Positions 47,647 to 58,117 of a DNA stretch of 64,000 bases are shown here, piece after piece. The position numbers and the translations under genes are program-made. The DNA is from Thermodesulfobacteriota bacterium. Its GTDB lineage: Bacteria; Desulfobacterota; Desulfobacteria; Desulfobacterales; SURF-7. The stretch is from assembly GCA_049320885.1 (NCBI GenBank), contig JBMORA010000031.1, forward strand, positions 1 to 64,000. The letters run 5' to 3'. Positions within the stretch are counted from its first letter, which is position 1; every line of letters starts with the position of its first letter. A model generated the notes under the pieces. That model did not search any database and had not been told where the DNA came from. It was given only the letters and a program-made list of their open reading frames with translations.

Positions 47647-48807
47647 CTATAGCGGCGAACGAAACGGTTCCGCATATCCGGTCAATTCAACGTATCCATG
47701 ACCGGTCAGCGGCTTCTGTTGCCTTTCGGCAATAACACGGACGCTCCCTTCCCAATAGGTGACGCCTGTACTTTGGTGGGTGGTTAATTCTTGATCATCC
47801 AAATTGGACCGTATTTGGAGCCGCAGTTCTAAATCAGGAATCTCAATTTGCCATTGACTCGGATAAACGGCTTGGGTTGAAGGACTTTTCCATTTCTTGT
47901 CCACCTGGACGTGAACCTGTTTCAATGCTAACGATATTTTCTGCCCCCGGGCGTCAATGAATGTTCCGCCCGAAGCCGGGGAAAACCCGCCGTCCATTTC
48001 TCGAACAAAAAACAACATCAGTTCGGTCTGGTCGTCAAACTGGAGGCTGAACCAGTCCCATCCAATGGCGACGGGATCCAAGGGCGCCGAACTGTATTCA
48101 TGATCCATCCAGGCATTGCCGCTGATGGCATACGAAACGTCATCGATTGTAATGAAACCGTCGGCCTTGAGACGGGTATACGAATAATAACAGGAAGCCC
48201 TCTCAGGTGACCGCCCTTTTCGGCTATAGCCATCATTGCCATGGGCCACGAGGGGTTTCAAGGCTTTCAAATGGATATCCAAGGCAAAGTCGTCGGACCG
48301 GCATTTGAGTCGGTGTTCATCCGTTTTAATGGTTGCCGACCAATTTTTGAGATACACATGAATCTCCTCTTTCCGGGCATCGACACCAGCCAGTTTCAGC
48401 GCCCCCCGGGTCATGAGGTCATCATGGAAAAACCGGTTGCGGCTGATATCTGAAATCGCTGCATGGCCGAAATAAATCTGCGCAAAGCGCCAATTGGAAG
48501 AAGCGTTCACGGTTATTTCCATTTCCTGATTGGTGGAAATCTGGGATCTGAAAAACGTCAATTGGAATCCGAACTGGTTGCCCTTCGCATCAAAAACATT
48601 CCCGGTATAATACCACCATTCGGTCCGATAACCGCTATGTTCGCCGTGGTCATCCGGAAATTGGAAGCCGCAAGGCCCGTCCACTTTAAAATAATCGCCG
48701 TCGTGGCCCGGTTGGGGGATGGCCCGGACAGGAAAAACAGCCCCATAAATGATTGCCAGGGCCATCCATAAGTGATGGATTTTTAGACTAGCCATAAGCC
48801 TTCTCAT
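47647..48807 (-). CDS. AttH/CrtC-like lipocalin-domain periplasmic protein
   Basis: FPDDHG.H..YRTEWWY.TG, WMDHEYS, GWDWFSLQ, YWEG, GYVELTGY. Confidence 0.88.
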   Translation of the reverse strand: MRRLMASLKIHHLWMALAIIYGAVFPVRAIPQPGHDGDYFKVDGPCGFQFPDDHGEHSGYRTEWWYYTGNVFDAKGNQFGFQLTFFRSQISTNQEMEITVNASSNWRFAQIYFGHAAISDISRNRFFHDDLMTRGALKLAGVDARKEEIHVYLKNWSATIKTDEHRLKCRSDDFALDIHLKALKPLVAHGNDGYSRKGRSPERASCYYSYTRLKADGFITIDDVSYAISGNAWMDHEYSSAPLDPVAIGWDWFSLQFDDQTELMLFFVREMDGGFSPASGGTFIDARGQKISLALKQVHVQVDKKWKSPSTQAVYPSQWQIEIPDLELRLQIRSNLDDQELTTHQSTGVTYWEGSVRVIAERQQKPLTGHGYVELTGYAEPFRSPL

Positions 48808-51433
48808 TCAAAAGGGTTGCCGGAGGTATGCGATACACCGAACGGATCGCCGGAATTGCGGCAAAAAAAGCCGCCAGGAAGATCAGGGGCAACGACATCC
48901 AGATCATCTTGCCATTAACGCGATATAAGAACGTCCAACCGAAAGATTGGGCATTGATGACATAGATCAATAGAAAGGAAAGGACAACGCCGCATAGAAC
49001 GCCTAAAATTTCCCCTGCGATAACCATGAAAGCGGACTCGCAAAAAATCATTTGGCGGATTTGCCTTGGCGAGGCGCCGATGGCAATCAAGGTGTTCAAT
49101 TCGCGGGCCCTTTCCAAAACCAGAATGGTCATGGTCGTTGCAATGCCAAGCGTTGCCACCAGCAAGGCAATCAGCAGCAAAATGAAAGTGACCGCAAACG
49201 TCTCATCAAAAATGTCAAGGATTCGGTTCCGCAAATCATTTCCCTGAATGACATTCAAGGTACCGTTTGATTGCAACAGCAGCTGTTTTCTCAAATGAAT
49301 AATTTTCTGCTGACGGCCCTGGTCATCGTCACTTGGGGAATCCTTTACAAAAAGACGCACGCCGCTCCATGCAGGAGAAGCCGGCGCTCCCTTTGCACCA
49401 GCTTGACTTTCCAGTACGCTGAAAGAACAAAAAACAACACCGCCCTGGGTTCGGTAGTCCCGGATAATACCCAAAACAGGCAACTGCATCGGGGTTGCAT
49501 TGACCACTGACTGAAAAAGGTGCCCTACCCCCAAACCCGTCCGGGCCGCCATCACTTCGGAGATCAATACGCCCTTGCCATCGGCGGCCAGCCGGTAAGC
49601 GGTTTGGGGATCTCCCTTGACCCACATGAAATTGCCGTATCGGGCAAACTTCAAAAGGTCCGTGGCTTCCAATTGAAATCGGACCCCGCTTTTTCCAGGC
49701 ATCTGGTAGTTGAGATAAAATTTCCTCATCGGTATGGCATCAAAATCCGAATCCGCCTGCCTGATCAACGCAATGGCCGCCATATTCAACAAATCCCGAT
49801 TTTGATTCAGTTCCCCCAGGCGCGGGCTTACAAACAAATCGCCGCTGACGGTCTGATGCACCCACAATCCGACGGTTTGACGAAAACTGTGAATCATAAT
49901 GACCAAAGCCGTAAAAAGAGCTACGGCCGTAATCAAGGCGCCCACCGATACGGCTGTTTGGGTGCCCTTCCCGTGGGTAATATAGCGCAACGCCAGGTTG
50001 CCGGCCGCTCCGAAAAATCGGCCCGCAAGGGGCGCGCTTTTTTTGGATGCATGTTTCAGCAGAAAAGGCGTTATCAGGGCAAAGCCTGCAAACAACAGGA
50101 GCGCCGCTGCATAGCCGGGCAAAGGGAAGCCCGCTATTCCGGGTGAAAATGAGAGGGGCAGGATTGACAACAAACACAACAAGCCCCCCCGCAACCATTT
50201 TCGCAAATCAGAGCGTTGGTCCATGTGATTGACCGGGGAGGAGAACACTTCCCGCGGCTCGACCCCCATGGCCTGTTTTGCAGGCATATAGGCGGCCGTG
50301 ACCGATATCGCCATGGTCATACCGAATGAAACCAACAGCTCCCATGGGCTTAACGACAGGCTCGTCACGTTGACCCGCACGAAAAGGGTGGCAATGGTTT
50401 TGCTGATGCCCGCCACCATGAAGGAGACGGCCGCGAGACTGCCGGGAATGGCAATTGCCCACCCCACCATCCCCAAAAACGCCCCTTCGGCTAAAAAAAG
50501 CCAGAAAATGGTATTGTCCGACGCACCCAATGATCGCAAGATTGCCAATTCCGTACGCCGGGCGGTGGCATTCACCGTAATCAGACTATACACCAGAAAC
50601 ATGCCGACAAACAGGGAGGCAAACCCCAGTACGGATAGATTCAGCTGATAGGCACGGATTAACTGCCGGCCGCTTTGATTGGTATCCGACGGATCGGAAA
50701 GAACCGCATGGGGCGCGATCTGTTTGGTGATGCGGTCGATGTCCAGCGGTTGGACGTCTTTTGCAAAGGCGATGTCGATTGAATCCACCCAACCAGAGAT
50801 ATTGGAAAATTCTTGAAAGGTGGCGATATCGACCAGCGCCATCATGCCCCCTTCCACCAGTGATACATCAGCGCTGGAAAGGATCCCGACAATGATGAAC
50901 TCATTCTTTTTGGCGGCATTGATGAGCGTGAAGGGGGCGTTTACTTCCAATCCATACCGATCCGCCAATTGTCGACTGACAATCAAGGCATGGGGTTTTC
51001 GCATCAGGTCGAACCATGCCCGGGATGCGTCACCGCCGCTGATCGCGGTTGACCAGTGGCGCATGGGCCGGTCCAAAATGGGATCAATTCCCACAAGCAA
51101 AATGGGTTCCTCCTCTTCACCTTCAGGCGAGACGTATGTCTGAAGAAGCGGGGAAACCGTTTCAATTTCAGGTTCGATAAAGAGAGTCCGCACCAGGTGC
51201 TCGGGCACACGCCCGCCGGGATTGATGACAACCTTGTCGGCCTTGCCGGCAATAGCATTCATACCGCGTGTAAAGGCATCCATGGAAGCATGCACCGCCA
51301 ACCGCACGCTGGTGAAGACCGCCGCCCCCATGGCAATCCCCAAGACAACCGCCATCGTCCGGAAACGATGGCGATACATCTGCCGTAAACTGAACCAGAC
51401 AAACAGTCGCAATGAGAAGGTTACGGTTCGCAT
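48788..51433 (-). CDS. FtsX/MacB-like ABC transporter permease (duplicated, AttF/G-like)
   Basis: Two RRxELAILRSLGA / ERARELNTLIAIGA modules, many TM helices, INAQSFGW. Confidence 0.9.
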   Translation of the reverse strand: MRTVTFSLRLFVWFSLRQMYRHRFRTMAVVLGIAMGAAVFTSVRLAVHASMDAFTRGMNAIAGKADKVVINPGGRVPEHLVRTLFIEPEIETVSPLLQTYVSPEGEEEEPILLVGIDPILDRPMRHWSTAISGGDASRAWFDLMRKPHALIVSRQLADRYGLEVNAPFTLINAAKKNEFIIVGILSSADVSLVEGGMMALVDIATFQEFSNISGWVDSIDIAFAKDVQPLDIDRITKQIAPHAVLSDPSDTNQSGRQLIRAYQLNLSVLGFASLFVGMFLVYSLITVNATARRTELAILRSLGASDNTIFWLFLAEGAFLGMVGWAIAIPGSLAAVSFMVAGISKTIATLFVRVNVTSLSLSPWELLVSFGMTMAISVTAAYMPAKQAMGVEPREVFSSPVNHMDQRSDLRKWLRGGLLCLLSILPLSFSPGIAGFPLPGYAAALLLFAGFALITPFLLKHASKKSAPLAGRFFGAAGNLALRYITHGKGTQTAVSVGALITAVALFTALVIMIHSFRQTVGLWVHQTVSGDLFVSPRLGELNQNRDLLNMAAIALIRQADSDFDAIPMRKFYLNYQMPGKSGVRFQLEATDLLKFARYGNFMWVKGDPQTAYRLAADGKGVLISEVMAARTGLGVGHLFQSVVNATPMQLPVLGIIRDYRTQGGVVFCSFSVLESQAGAKGAPASPAWSGVRLFVKDSPSDDDQGRQQKIIHLRKQLLLQSNGTLNVIQGNDLRNRILDIFDETFAVTFILLLIALLVATLGIATTMTILVLERARELNTLIAIGASPRQIRQMIFCESAFMVIAGEILGVLCGVVLSFLLIYVINAQSFGWTFLYRVNGKMIWMSLPLIFLAAFFAAIPAIRSVYRIPPATLLNEKAYG

Positions 51434-52125
51434 GAGCCTTTATAAATCCGGCCGTCTTTCAGGCAAAACTGGCGGTCTGCGAATGGGTCGGCGATTTCGC
51501 TGTGGGTGGCGATAACGAGGGTCCTTTTCATTTCCCGATTCATATCGACCAATAAGCGAATGACCGCTTCGCCGTTCCTGCTGTCCAGATTGCCGGTGGG
51601 CTCATCCGCCAGTATAATGGCTGGGTGATTGATCAGTGCGCGCGCGATGGCCGTGCGCTGCATTTCACCGCCGGAGAGTTGGGCCGGAAAATGATCCAGA
51701 CGTTTTCCCATTTCCAGCCAATTAAGCAATTCTTCGGCACGCGACCGGATTTCCGCCTGCCCGGCGCCAGCCAGCAGCGCCGGCAAACAAACGTTTTCAA
51801 GCACCGTAAGGGTGGGCATGAGGTTAAACGCCTGGAAAATCATCCCGACAACATGGCGGCGATAAGCCGTCAACTGCTCCGTCGGCACCGCCGCCAAATC
51901 CACACCGGCAACCTGTAAAAGACCGCTGGTGGGTTTATCCAATCCACCCAGCAGCGCCAGCAAGGTGCTTTTACCTGATCCGCTGTTTCCTTTGAGGACG
52001 ATCATTTCAGCAGGAGCGATACGCAGATCAATGCCGATAAGCCCCACCACTTCGGTTGCCCCGCGCTGATGGATCCTGGTCAGTCCGCTGGCCTCGATAA
52101 TCCAGTTTTGATTTTGTTTATCCAT
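51421..52125 (-). CDS. ABC transporter ATP-binding protein (LolD/MacB-like)
   Basis: GNSGSGKST, LSGGEMQR, ILADEPTGNLD. Confidence 0.95.
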   Translation of the reverse strand: MDKQNQNWIIEASGLTRIHQRGATEVVGLIGIDLRIAPAEMIVLKGNSGSGKSTLLALLGGLDKPTSGLLQVAGVDLAAVPTEQLTAYRRHVVGMIFQAFNLMPTLTVLENVCLPALLAGAGQAEIRSRAEELLNWLEMGKRLDHFPAQLSGGEMQRTAIARALINHPAIILADEPTGNLDSRNGEAVIRLLVDMNREMKRTLVIATHSEIADPFADRQFCLKDGRIYKGSCEP

Positions 52126-52262
52126 AGATAGCTGTGCCCGGCCATTCCTGGTAATGTAGTCTTCACGTCATTATACATGTTTTTAGCGAATAGCAACGAT
52201 CATGATCCGGGTTGAAAAAAACGGGCGCCAATGCTTAACTGGACAAGACCGAGGAAAATGCA

Positions 52263-53063
52263 ATGCAGCCAACCACCCGACATCGAAATATAACCTTGAA
52301 GCGGCTTCTGCTGGACAGCTATCAATTCCTGCGGTCCCAATCCTTTGTGGTACGGTGGGCCGGCAAACCGTTCTCTCCCAGTTTTACATATGCAGAAATG
52401 GACATTACCTATAAATGCAATTTAAAATGTTTCAATTGCAATCGTTCCTGCACCCAGGCCCCCAGCAATATCGAAATGCCAGTTGGCATGGTCGAAACAT
52501 TTATCCGCCAGAGCATTGAAAAAAATATTCTCTGGCAGCGGATACGGTTATTGGGGGGGGAACCCACCTTGCACAGCCGAATTTTTGATATTATTCGTAT
52601 TCTGACTGATTATCAACGGAAGGACAACCCACATGTCAGCCTGGTCATCGGAACCAACTATTTTGGTCCGGAAGTGCATCGTGTGTTGGATCGATTGCCG
52701 CCGAACATCGCCGTCAAAAGCACCCTGAAAAAATCCCGCAGAAACCTGTTTAGACCATTTAATGTGGCCCCAAAGGATACGTTTTATAACCGCTTTTCGG
52801 ATTACTCCTGCGGATGCCGCATCATCGCTGACTGTGGTTTGGGGGTAACACCTTCTGGTTACTACATGTGCGCGGTGGCAGGCGGCATCGACCGGGTGTT
52901 CAAGTATCATTTGGGACGACAAAATCTTCCCGACAAATCCGATTCCTTATCGGATCAGATGGCTGCATTTTGCTGTCTTTGCGGTCATTTCGGTTTCATG
53001 TGGCCTACGAAAAAAAGTAAAATTTCCAAGACCTGGCTTACGGCTTATGACAATTTGAGGTAA
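52263..53063 (+). CDS. Radical SAM protein with Cys-rich C-terminus
   Basis: CNLKCFNC (CxxxCxxC), GGEPTLH, additional C-terminal Cys residues. Confidence 0.85.
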   Translation: MQPTTRHRNITLKRLLLDSYQFLRSQSFVVRWAGKPFSPSFTYAEMDITYKCNLKCFNCNRSCTQAPSNIEMPVGMVETFIRQSIEKNILWQRIRLLGGEPTLHSRIFDIIRILTDYQRKDNPHVSLVIGTNYFGPEVHRVLDRLPPNIAVKSTLKKSRRNLFRPFNVAPKDTFYNRFSDYSCGCRIIADCGLGVTPSGYYMCAVAGGIDRVFKYHLGRQNLPDKSDSLSDQMAAFCCLCGHFGFMWPTKKSKISKTWLTAYDNLR

Positions 53064-53079
53064 AGGAATACCGCTTCAA

Positions 53080-54303
53080 ATGAAAATACTGCATGTTATC
53101 GGGCAGAGACCGGAAATGACCGGCAGTGGCGTTTATCTCCAGGCACTTGCCAAGGAATCAACAAAACAGAACCACCAGAATTATTTGGTGGCCGGCGTGC
53201 CGCTGAACAAGATGCCCGAATTGGAAAATATCCCTCCTGATTGCTGCCAATATGTCCATTTTGAATCCGATCATCTGAATTTTCCGGTGACCGGCATGTC
53301 GGATGTCATGCCCTATGGGAGTTCACTTTTCAAAGAACTGAAAGGCGAGCGCCTCGACGCCTATAAAACAGCTTTCGGCCAAACGCTGATGGACGCCGTA
53401 ACCCTTTATCGGCCGGATATCATCCATACCCATCATCTGCTGGTGGTGACCGCCCTGACACGGCAATTGTTTCCCGATTTACCCATTGTAACCACCTGCC
53501 ACGGGACAGACCTCAGACAATACCATAACTGCGACCATCTAAGAACCTTCGTTAAAGAACATTGCTGCCGGTTGGACAGGATCATCGCCCTGACAACGGA
53601 TCATAAAAAAGCGATCAACACCGTATATGATATCCCCCTTGACAGGATTGCGACCATTCCCGGAGGATATGATGATCGGATCTTCAACCGGATACCCAAG
53701 ACCGTCGGCAGCAAGGTCCATATTCTGTATGCGGGCAAATTGAACCGGAGCAAAGGCGTTCCCTGGCTGTTGCGATCTCTTGCCAAAATACAAGACCAGG
53801 TCTGGCACCTTCATATGGCTGGAAGCGGCAAGGGGCCTGAGTATGAGGAATGTCTTGCCCTTGCCAGAAATTTGGGCCAAAGAGCAACCATCCATGGGTA
53901 CGTCAGCCACCATCAATTGTCCGCCTTAATGAAAAAAGCCCATATTCAAGTGCTGCCTTCCTTTTTTGAGGGCCTTCCCCTGGTCCTGTTTGAAGGGCTG
54001 GCATCCGGTTGCCGCGTCATCACCAACAACCTGCCCGGATTCGATGAAATCTTTGGCAAGGCAAAACGAAAAACAGTGGATCTGATACAACTGCCGGAAC
54101 TTGAAACCATTGACCGGCCGTATCAAAAGGATGAGCAATGGTTGATAGACGAGTTGGCGGAAAGAATAATGGAAATGATTTCCACTGTAAGGGAATGCCC
54201 CGATTTTGATGACCCCCATGCAGAAAAAATCGCCTCGCAATATACATGGCGGAAAATTTTCAAACGTGTCGAATCTGTATATCTCCAAGCGCTTGGTGAC
54301 TAG
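53080..54303 (+). CDS. Glycosyltransferase family 4
   Basis: PDIIHTHH, HGTD, YAGKL..SKG, PSFFEGLPLVLFE. Confidence 0.9.
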   Translation: MKILHVIGQRPEMTGSGVYLQALAKESTKQNHQNYLVAGVPLNKMPELENIPPDCCQYVHFESDHLNFPVTGMSDVMPYGSSLFKELKGERLDAYKTAFGQTLMDAVTLYRPDIIHTHHLLVVTALTRQLFPDLPIVTTCHGTDLRQYHNCDHLRTFVKEHCCRLDRIIALTTDHKKAINTVYDIPLDRIATIPGGYDDRIFNRIPKTVGSKVHILYAGKLNRSKGVPWLLRSLAKIQDQVWHLHMAGSGKGPEYEECLALARNLGQRATIHGYVSHHQLSALMKKAHIQVLPSFFEGLPLVLFEGLASGCRVITNNLPGFDEIFGKAKRKTVDLIQLPELETIDRPYQKDEQWLIDELAERIMEMISTVRECPDFDDPHAEKIASQYTWRKIFKRVESVYLQALGD

Positions 54304-54508
54304 GTTCCTTGACCTGGATTTCAGTTGCACTAAAAACCGCTTCCTTTATTTCGTTGCCCAAAAGAACAAAAAAAACCGTAATTCCGTTTCGCTTGTGAAA
54401 AACTGAAGGCCTTCCCTGCATTTGCGCCCCATACCAGAACCCCCATTGAAAAAATTCGGAAAATCTAGGCTCGTAACAATTTTAAAACCATTTCAACAAC
54501 CAAAGTTC

Positions 54509-54557
54509 TTGACAAGCGGCCCGTTTCTTAATATTGAACAAATTATCTTTTTGTTCA
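54509..54557 (+). promoter_or_regulatory. Putative promoter (-35 TTGACA) and TetR operator palindrome
   Basis: TGAACAAA-N7-TTTGTTCA at 54535-54557, upstream of tetR. Confidence 0.65.
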
Positions 54558-54607
54558 TTTATTCATTTTAACCATGCCGATGATCCGGCGCCGACGAAAC
54601 GGGTGCC

Positions 54608-55198
54608 ATGCGCAAGAAAGAAAACCTGGAAACGATTTTGGAGGCGGCCCTGGCCGTGTTCGCGAAATTCGGTTATCGCAAGGCGACCCTGGAGGATATC
54701 GCCGGCCGGCTGCGGATGACCAAGAGCAATCTCTATATCTACGCGGCAAGCAAGCGGGAGCTGTACCAAAAGACCGTGGCCTGGGCCCTGCTGCGCTGGC
54801 AGATGCGCGTCCGCGAGGCGGTGGAACGGGAATCCGGGGCCCGGGAAAAATTCACGGTGATGTGCTTCAAGGCCGTGGAGTATCTTTCGGAAGACGAGGA
54901 GTTCCGCCAGGTGCTCCTCCAAGACCCGGATATTTTTCCCATGTTTCCGGTGAACGATCCGTTTCAGGAGATCAACCGGAATTCCGTGCTCATGATCCGC
55001 GGCATCCTCCAGCAGGGCATCCGGGAAGGCGTGTTCCGGCCCGTGGATCCGGAAAAAATGTCCGACGTGATTTTCATGATCTACAAGATGTTCATCATCC
55101 GAACCTATGTAAAAACCGACGAGCGGCAACTCCAGGAGGCCTTCGCCGACACCTTCGAGCTGCTGGTCAACGGTCTGTTTGTCAGGAGCAATGCATGA
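54608..55198 (+). CDS. TetR/AcrR family regulator
   Basis: ILEAALAVFAKFGYRKATLEDIA...KSNLYIY..SKRELY. Confidence 0.9.
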   Translation: MRKKENLETILEAALAVFAKFGYRKATLEDIAGRLRMTKSNLYIYAASKRELYQKTVAWALLRWQMRVREAVERESGAREKFTVMCFKAVEYLSEDEEFRQVLLQDPDIFPMFPVNDPFQEINRNSVLMIRGILQQGIREGVFRPVDPEKMSDVIFMIYKMFIIRTYVKTDERQLQEAFADTFELLVNGLFVRSNA

Positions 55199-55256
55199 AG
55201 GCCTTCATCCCAGGCGCCATGCTTCCCATTCCACCCTTCACATCCAGGAGGTCACC

Positions 55257-55658
55257 ATGAACGCCACATTTCAGTATCTGAGTCCGGAATGGCGGGATCA
55301 GGCCGAACAAAAACTGAAGGCCGAACTTCCGCCGGAGCGCATGAACCACATCACTTCCTCCATGTCCAACATTTACATTCATTGTCCGGACGGGAAGGAC
55401 CGTTACCTGTTTTTCCATTACGAAAACGGGAGCCTGAAGCAACTGCTGGCCGGGGAAGGCGAGCCGCCCGCAGCCGAATTCAGGATCACCGGCGACTACG
55501 AGACCTTCGCCAAAATCACCCGGGCTGAACTCAGTTCCCAGAAAGCGCTGATGACCATGAGGCTGAAACTGAAAGGCAACATGATCAAGGCCCTGAAACT
55601 GGCTTCCGTCGCCGACCGGTTGAACAAAGTTCTTTCCGGCATTCCGACGAATTATTGA
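55257..55658 (+). CDS. SCP2 sterol/lipid-binding domain protein
   Basis: YLSPEW, ITGDYETF, KALMTMRLKLKGNM; AGGAGG RBS before ATG 55257. Confidence 0.85.
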   Translation: MNATFQYLSPEWRDQAEQKLKAELPPERMNHITSSMSNIYIHCPDGKDRYLFFHYENGSLKQLLAGEGEPPAAEFRITGDYETFAKITRAELSSQKALMTMRLKLKGNMIKALKLASVADRLNKVLSGIPTNY

Positions 55659-55683
55659 TATCATTGACCAGGAGGAAATCACC

Positions 55684-56910
55684 ATGGCAGCCCTGCTCGA
55701 AAAAACCAGCCCATATTATATCGATTTTCCCAAACGCCTCAAGGACGTCCAGGAGGCAATGGCCGCCCAACAAATCGATGTCTACCTCGGTTCCCGGCTC
55801 CGCACCTTGTCCTGGATGACGGACGCCTTTTGCCCCTGGCGCAGCTTCATCGTCATTCCCGGCGAAGGTCTCCCCACGGTTTTCACCTTCGTCATCGACG
55901 CCGCCAGAATCGCCGACGATTCCTGGCTGGGGGAATCCCAGGTCTATGGGTTCGCGCCCATGGGCGGTCAGGACCAGATCGAACAAATTTCCGATTTCAT
56001 CAAGGACCTGCTGAAAAACGGCAAGGGAAGAATCGGCATCGAAAGCGGCATGTCCAATTATCTCCCCGAAGGCTGGTTGACCCATTATGAGTACAACCAG
56101 TTCCAGAGCGCGCTCTCGGGCGCCGAGCTGGTCAATGCCCACACGATCATGGACAAGCTGGCCCTCATCAAGGACCAGGGCACCATCAACCGCTTCCGCG
56201 AAGCTTCCCGGATCGTGGACGTGGGGCATCAGGCGGTGCTGGCGGCCCTGAAAAACGGCGGTTACAAGGGCATGACCGAAACGGAAATCGCCGGCCTGGC
56301 GGCCTATGCCATGCGCAAGGAAGGCAGCGAGTTCGAATGGTCCTTCACCGGAGGCAACGAGATCGCCAGCGGCTACCGCACCAGCTATATGGGCGGCGCC
56401 TGCACGCCCGCAACCCGCCGGAAAATCCAGGCCGGTGAGCCGCTCATGGTGGACATCCACTCCATGTTCATGCTCGGGCTGGGCGATCATGCCCACAACT
56501 ACCTCATCGGACCGGCCACGGACCGTCAGTTCTGGCATGCCAGCAATTTTGTGGACATCGTAGCGTTGACCCTCAAGACCTATCGGGCGGGCATCACCCC
56601 CTCCAGACTGGCCGAGGAAATGATGAATTTCGCTGACTCCCGGGGCTTTTCCGATTACATGGTGCCCGGCTTCGAGCACGGAATCGGGATGATGGGGGAC
56701 GAATGGCGGATCGGACTGAACGACGGCCCCTTCCCGTACTGGACCAATCCGGACCATGTCTACCAGGAAAATGAAGTCCTGATCTGCGCCATGCAGTACG
56801 CCTGTCCGGATGAAAAAATCGGTTTCCGCTATGAGAACCCCATCGTGATTCAACAGAACGGTTGCGAGGCCCTGTCCAAATTTCCGCTGGGCATTGAGGA
56901 AATTGTCTGA
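55684..56910 (+). CDS. M24 (Xaa-Pro peptidase/creatinase-fold) family hydrolase
   Basis: Creatinase-N-like domain, GMTETEIA, MVDI..LGDH, HGIG, FRYEN. Confidence 0.85.
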   Translation: MAALLEKTSPYYIDFPKRLKDVQEAMAAQQIDVYLGSRLRTLSWMTDAFCPWRSFIVIPGEGLPTVFTFVIDAARIADDSWLGESQVYGFAPMGGQDQIEQISDFIKDLLKNGKGRIGIESGMSNYLPEGWLTHYEYNQFQSALSGAELVNAHTIMDKLALIKDQGTINRFREASRIVDVGHQAVLAALKNGGYKGMTETEIAGLAAYAMRKEGSEFEWSFTGGNEIASGYRTSYMGGACTPATRRKIQAGEPLMVDIHSMFMLGLGDHAHNYLIGPATDRQFWHASNFVDIVALTLKTYRAGITPSRLAEEMMNFADSRGFSDYMVPGFEHGIGMMGDEWRIGLNDGPFPYWTNPDHVYQENEVLICAMQYACPDEKIGFRYENPIVIQQNGCEALSKFPLGIEEIV

Positions 56911-57043
56911 TTTCCAGGCCGTTGGGGACGTCGCCGTCCCCGGCGGCCGGACGCAAGCGAACCGCGGGGAGGCCGTCCCTCCCAGAGCACAGGCCGAAAC
57001 GACTGATTGAAGAGCGGCCCACGGCCGCTCATGGTCATGTAGC

Positions 57044-57241
57044 TCATGAAAAACGCCCGGGCCCTCCGGGAGCGCAGGCGCCCAGGCCCTTGCCTCCCAG
57101 ACAGGTACCGGCGCTCATCAGCTTTTTCACGTTGACGGAGCGGCAGCGGGGGCATTCGGTCCCTTCCTCCGAATCCCCCTGCATCATCAGTTTTTCAAAC
57201 CCTTTGCCGCAGGCGTTGCATTCATATTCATAAATCGGCAC
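57044..57241 (-). CDS. FmdB family zinc-ribbon protein
   Basis: (M)PIYEYECNACG...CPRC; GTG start with AAGGA RBS. Confidence 0.85.
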   Translation of the reverse strand: MPIYEYECNACGKGFEKLMMQGDSEEGTECPRCRSVNVKKLMSAGTCLGGKGLGACAPGGPGRFS

Positions 57242-57360
57242 GTCGGTTCCTTCCTTTCCCCGAATAAGTTTCCCTGCCCAACAGCCGCCGGTGGTGTTCC
57301 GTCCAGCCCTTCCGCCCGGCGACCGCTTCCGGCCAACCCGGACCGGTCCGACCGTCTGGT

Positions 57361-57388
57361 AATATAGGGTCGATTCCCCGGATTTCAA
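57361..57388 (-). promoter_or_regulatory. Putative sigma70 promoter of the FmdB-family gene
   Basis: TTGAAA-N16-TATATT on the minus strand. Confidence 0.5.
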
Positions 57389-57445
57389 GCCCCCGGCAAA
57401 ACCGGCCACCTCCTGCGGCGTCTTGTCCCGGGCACGGAGTTCGAT

Positions 57446-58117
57446 TCACACGCCCAGCGCGCTGCGGATGGCCTTCACCGCTGCGTTGATGCCGATAAAC
57501 CCGGTGTTGATCACCAGGTCGTATTGCAGCGGATCATCCACATCCGCGTTGAAATACTTGCGGACAAAAGCCTTTCGATCCGATTCCGTGCGGATGACGC
57601 GACGTCTGGTTTCCTCCTCCGGTGAACCGAACTGCCGGCAGACATTTTTGACCCGGATTTCAAGGGGCGCGATGATCCGCACGCTGAAACGCTTTTCCCG
57701 CGGGATGAGGTAATTGGCGCCCCGGCCGACGATGACCGCCCGGCCGTGTCTGGCGATGGTGCCGATGATTTTCATCAGATGGTGCAGGTATTCGTCCGGC
57801 CAGAGATGGCGGTCCAGAATCGCCGCGGATACCCAGTCCTCGATCATGGAAAGCCCCCTCTCGTCCAGGGTTTCCATCAACATCTTGCTGACGTGGGCGC
57901 TCTGGGAGATTTCCCGGATGAATTCCTGATGAAAAAAATCCAGCTTCAGCTCTTCGGCCAGTTGTTGCGCCACCAGACGCCCCCCGCTTCCGGGTGCCCG
58001 GGAAATGGTGATCACCGGCACGTTTTCCGCAACCGGTTTCTCTTCCTGATGCAACCGCTGCCAGCGTTGCGCCTGTTCCTCGACAATCTGATGAATGGAG
58101 CGGGTTCTGGTCTGCAT
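57446..58117 (-). CDS. Cytidylate kinase-like family protein
   Basis: VITISRAPGSGG, VIVGRGA, YDLVINT; GGAGG RBS before ATG 58117. Confidence 0.88.
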   Translation of the reverse strand: MQTRTRSIHQIVEEQAQRWQRLHQEEKPVAENVPVITISRAPGSGGRLVAQQLAEELKLDFFHQEFIREISQSAHVSKMLMETLDERGLSMIEDWVSAAILDRHLWPDEYLHHLMKIIGTIARHGRAVIVGRGANYLIPREKRFSVRIIAPLEIRVKNVCRQFGSPEEETRRRVIRTESDRKAFVRKYFNADVDDPLQYDLVINTGFIGINAAVKAIRSALGV

